Positions 59,400 through 64,000 of a stretch of 64,000 bases of DNA are shown here, in pieces (the stretch's first letter is position 1; each line of letters starts with the position of its first letter). The DNA comes from Chlorokybus atmophyticus (Eukaryota > Plantae > Mesostigma and Chlorokybus algae). Below the pieces are notes generated by a model. The model did not search any database. It had not been told where the DNA came from and saw only the letters and a list, made by a program, of their open reading frames with translations. A program made the translations under genes and the position numbers. The stretch covers positions 151,586-215,585 of the forward strand of contig RHPI01003762.1 in the NCBI GenBank assembly GCA_009103225.1. Direction: 5' to 3'.

Positions 59400-59760
59400 T
59401 TTAAACTGACATATTTCAGACCATGCATGGTGCGCTGCCCTCCTGGCTCAGTGGACCATTTATGGTGCCAGTCTGATCGATAGTCGCACCATGCACGGTC
59501 CATGGATACGGACTTTGTTGTGCATATGTGGTCCACAAGCGGTACCATGCATGGTCCTAACAGACAACGCACCATACATGGTCTGATTGACAGTCGCACC
59601 ATGCATGATCTATCATGATGTCACAGCCATTGAAGCCATGCATGGTCCACAAGCGGCACCATGTCTGGTCCTAACAGACAACGCACCACATGGTCTGATT
59701 GACAGTCGCACCATGCATGGTCTGTCATGATGTCACAGCCATTGAATCCAGGCATGGTCT
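59400..59760. repeat. Array of CCATGCATGG-type palindromes including a ~115-bp tandem duplication
   Basis: 59528-59642 resembles 59643-59755; recurring gacagtcgcaccatgcatgg. Confidence 0.85.
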
Positions 59761-60149
59761 TAGCACTGGTGCCTGCACCGTGCCCGGTGCATACAATCCG
59801 ACACGCATGCAATTCACAGAAATCCTGTAATGGACTGTCACAAGACAGCCCATCAGTGTCAAGCCAGTGAGACTGTAGCTACAGTCTCCTACATGCACTT
59901 CAAGCTGCGGTTACAGGAGGTAACAGGAGCAGCTAACAACATCAGTCTCTTGTGTTGCCAGCACCTTCGCCTGGAAGCCAGACTTGTGCTCTCCCTGGTT
60001 GATTCAGCCCCAATGTGAAGACACCCGCAACAGCCTTGCTCAACAGCATCTCTTGCAAACACTCAGCGAGTGCTTGTTGAGCTCTGCACAACAACTGTAC
60101 TGTCACGTGCCTACACAAACAGTAACTTGACCATAGCACAGGAAACCAC

Positions 60150-62394
60150 CTAGGAGGATGACGAGGGCTGTCGCGTCCACTGCCTCTTGGGTCGCAATGG
60201 CTTTCTCTTCTTTGCCTCGCTTAAAAGCCCTGCATTGTACCAAATCATCACTCTTGAAAACTAGCAAAGGACTGTCGTTAACTTGCTGCAGTGAAGTATG
60301 CATACCTGGTAGTTTGCGATTGGATCCCCACTCGCACCCTCCTTCAACATCTTTGTTGGACACCAACCACTTTTTCCTGGCAGCAAAGCTGACAATGGCT
60401 CTCAAGATCAGCTCGTCTGGCACACGCTCCATTCGGTCGGGGTCCTTGAATGCCAGCTGGTGACCATTGTGGAACAGCGTGTGCTCGATGTGGTGGTAGT
60501 ACTCATACATGTCCATTGCCTCCTCTCTGGTGGGGGCGTTGGGCTTGGTGTTGCACACGATCCCCGCTGCAGTTCGCAAGTCCATGGCGGCGGCTTCTTC
60601 ATCTTCACAGTCAGAGATCGCCCCAGCAACCTGCCTAGGACCCAGAGTGGTCAGTGCAGTCCATTGGCGACTGTCAATACCATTGACAGTCTGCAGTGCG
60701 TTGATGACTGTCAAGAACTGCAACATGTAATGCACTTTGCGACTGTCAAGGCGTGATCAATGGCTGCATTGGCGACTGTTCATCATGTGACAGCAGCCTA
60801 ACAACAGCCCTTATTAACCTCTGTGTCTGTGCTGTGCCTGGCTGCGGGCGTAGGCAGCCGGTCCTTGATGCAACCCGGCACCGCAATGCGCTCATTGTTA
60901 GCGCATGCCTCACAGGGGCAGATGCCTCCGCTGGCCAAGAACATTATGGGCCACTCCATCTCCCTGCCCTGCATGTTGTTGTGTTTAACACAAGAAATGC
61001 TCATACACTACACCATACAGTCACAGCAGGAGCATGTGCATATCCACAGCAAGCAATGTACCTCCAGAGTACGCCCACCATGGCAGCTGCTTGTCGGCGT
61101 GCCATAGAGAAAATGCCTTTCTTTCACAGGTAGTTGAACGGCAAGGTTGCCATCCTCACTTCTCATTGCCATCCAGTGGTTAACAGAGACTAGATACGTG
61201 TGCATTGGTTGGTCTGGCTCGCATTCGGAATCGATGGTGGCGACGCCAACAACTACTGCGTTGTTGCAAATGTCGAACACCTGATCTTCAGCAAATCCGT
61301 CCGCACCCATGCCGTGACACGCAGAGTAGCATTCAGAGTAGCAGGCACCATGTGTTAAGCCAGTATGCATGGAGGCAGCAGCTCAGCAAAACAGTACAAC
61401 ATGACCGACAGTCGACCGACAGCATCATAGTTGCTTACCTCTCTTTTAGCCAAGTGGCCCGGTACTGAGCGTTTGTGAGAGGAAGAGCGGTTAAAGGCGC
61501 AAGCATGACCACCTGCTGGTTGGCCCTCATGTCCCTCCCCAGACAAAATGTCATGCCCCAGCCAGCTCCAGCTTGAGCAGCGCGGCTGCCTTGTGCAGCT
61601 TCTCTGTCGCTGCCACGCCTTTGCTTCTTGGCCTCATTGCGTTCTTGGACGCTCTTCCCGGTACCACTGCCGCGCTTCGCGCCAACGGAGTACTGCAGCA
61701 CCAGTACATGCTGCTTGATTTGTACTGCAACACAAGTAGATAAGAGTACAGCAAAGTACCAACGGCAAGGACTGTCAACGGCAAGACAGCTCCAATACAG
61801 CATTTTCAGCTGTTGGAAGATGGCATCTAGCAGAAGACAGCCTCAAAGACAGCATATCGCAACTGGTCAATGAATCAACAAGCACAAACACAGCAAACAG
61901 GGCAAGGACTGTCAACGGCAAGACAGCTAAGCAGACAGTGAGTGAACTAAAAGCTGAACGACATGCTTGAAAGCTCACTTCAACACAGCTGAATTCAAAT
62001 TCCCGTCAAACAGCAGATGTCACCAAGAAAGCAGCTCACCTTTTGTCCACGTGAGCGTGTGGTTTGCGTCAAGGACCAGTGGAAGTGACTGCTGCAAGAC
62101 CGCCTCGCATACTTCGTCGAGCGCCTGCCGGTGCTCGGCATTCATCTTGAAGTCCTTGCCCTTCATACCTTGAGGTAGTGGCCACTTGCTTAACATCTCC
62201 TTCTTCAGCTTCTCCAGGTTGACCATCAGCGTTGTGCGCATATGCTTGTACTCCTCCTTCATCAAGAACTGCTGGCCTGTCACCTGGCCCAGCAAATGGT
62301 TGCTCTTGGCTCTGAAGCAATCAGCTGCAGCAGGCAGTTGGCTGCCCTCCCCAGTAGCCATAATGTCAGCTGAACAGCCTGAACAAGCAACCAA
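60150..62394 (-). CDS. Putative spliced gene, unknown product
   Basis: Coding-like segments ~62040-62394, ~61440-61700, ~61140-61300 and ~60152-60640; three end at GT donors (gtgag ~62039, gtaag ~61439, gtggt ~60150); no recognisable domain. Confidence 0.45.
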
Positions 62395-63113
62395 ACTTAG
62401 TGCACAGACAGTGACTCAGCGCACAATCAACAAGGCATGCAAGCTTCAAAGCAAAACACCTTTCAAATAAGCGCTGACAGCTCAAGCAGCAAACCACAAA
62501 CGACGAGGGCAATTTTTCAAGCAACACACAACCAGGGCGCATGCAAACTCGCAAGCGAACTCACTACTCACTCACTAGGACTGTCAAGTCCTATTGTGTT
62601 CCATATGGACAGTCGCACGAGCCGCACAAGCATTGTGACCGCCGCACAAGCCGCAATTGTGCAGTGCCAAATGCAGTGCGACACAGTCAATGGAACTCAC
62701 AAAGCTAGCGACGCGGCTGTCAATCCCTAGACTCACCTTATATCTGGGGGTTGTCATTTATTGTCGTCGAATCGACGCCACGTCGAATCGACGCCAAACG
62801 CACTGCTAGCAACAAATTGCGTTGAATTTACAAGGCGGCTGTCAAGGGTTAGCAGTGTTAGGGCTAGGGACTCACCAACTTGGCGGCTGTCATTGATGGG
62901 ACATCATAGATTGGACGGGAGGTTGGCGGCGTACATAGCCGTTGCATGGTCTCGCTAGTATAGTTTGCTATTGTTGTGGTTGTGGTGGTTGTGGTTGTGG
63001 TTGTGGTATGGGTGTAGCTCAGGGCGCAGGGTGATGCGAGGAGAGGTGTGCGGAGCTGTGAGGAGTTGTACAAGACAGTCGCTAGGAGAAGGATTGCCAG
63101 GCAGTTGGACATC

Positions 63114-63819
63114 ATGGAACGAAGGCGGGCGTCCACAGGGGCGCCGTTTATTTGGGGCTGCCCGTTCTGCATGTGCAATGTGCAAGCTGGTCACCGTGAT
63201 GCAAGGGGTCAACCAACTGGGGGAGAGACCAAGCCCACCAAAATCGGACAGCACTTCAACACGCAGGTGTGCCGATGCGTGCGCATGATCAACAACCGGG
63301 GCGGTAGGGAGGACCAGGATGTGTGCAAGGCTATGGGGCTTCAATACCAGCAAGCCATCAAGGTAAGAACGTTCAACAATCAAGATTGTTTACGACATGC
63401 ATAGGCTGTCAATGCTCTGTGCTAAGGCGCATCGCGCATCGCATTGACAGTCGCTGCTGGGATCCTGTGCATGTCACTTGCTATGCATGATGTTGTTTTG
63501 TTCTATTAGCCTAGTTATCTTACATTTGCGTGACATGTCCCATTGCACGAGAAACTCACCAGCAGCGTATTGCAGAAGGATCAATTCCCGGCCCACCCTC
63601 ACCCACATGTCGCGGTGCTGAAGTACTACAAAATGGCAGAAGTCATGGCCATCCCAGGATGGGTGAGTTGATGCATTTGTACACCAATTATCGCGGCATT
63701 CTTACTTACCCAAGGTTACAGACGCAAGAACTGTGGGACGAAGCGGGACGGCTGTCAAGGCAGTATATCTTTTTGCCTCGCAATACGCAGTTGGAGGTGG
63801 AGGAGCAAGCGGAGCAGGC

Positions 63820-63850
<31 letters not shown>

Positions 63851-64000
63851 CAACAGCAACACCAACAGGAGCCGGAAGGAAGCGAGGAGGCAGACTCGGA
63901 GGAGACTGCAGATGTCTCAACAAGTCCATCATTGCGTAAATCCTCCGCACAACGCGGCAAAGGACCTGCGGTGGATCCCAAAGAAGAGTTCCGTGCAGCT
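63114..64000 (+). CDS. Putative spliced gene, 5' part (Cys/His motif, then poly-Q and acidic region); runs off the window
   Basis: Exons 63114-63362, 63576-63662 and 63722 onward join in phase 0 with GT-AG sites; CPFC..HF..C motif; CAG/CAA run ~63818-63860. Confidence 0.5.

Noticed and set aside
59400-59760. CRISPR-like array
   Set aside because: No constant repeat with unique spacers of regular length, no cas genes, eukaryotic context

Overview
Eukaryotic genomic DNA with spliceosomal introns. A green alga is the best inference (multi-PAS TmcB/FixL-like gene, Osser-type Copia primer site, kangaroo-like DIRS layout); no species can be named. About 2-45.4 kb is a nested transposon island, and most boundaries are fixed by target-site duplications (TSDs) read directly from the sequence. 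It holds a decayed DIRS-type retroelement in pieces (RT/RNaseH 23.2-24.4 kb, RNaseH end plus MTase-like domain 10.2-10.5 kb, tyrosine recombinase 9.6-10.0 kb), a small TIR element, two chromodomain Ty3/Gypsy elements, a non-autonomous Copia and two copies of a ~0.5 kb TRIM carrying a tRNA-type Pol III promoter. The standout is two diverged copies (11220-22272 +, 26414-39632 -) of a Gypsy-like retrotransposon whose polyprotein reads Gag-unknown domain-protease-C5 DNA methyltransferase-RT-RNaseH-DDE integrase-PHD finger. Both have TG..CA ends and a 4-bp TSD, but instead of two LTRs they have split repeats A-internal-B-gc-A-B, a palindromic B/A junction (GACAGCTGTC), an 11-13 bp repeat at the A/B and internal junctions, and an apparent self-priming site instead of a tRNA PBS. 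My inferred model is that a 2-LTR circle is integrated by a DDE integrase at an att site inside the LTR. From 49.3-56.3 kb is a spliced multi-PAS membrane sensor gene. From 58-64 kb are a foldback, palindromic motif arrays and two divergent spliced genes of unknown function. All alignments and splice calls were made by eye and no database search was run.
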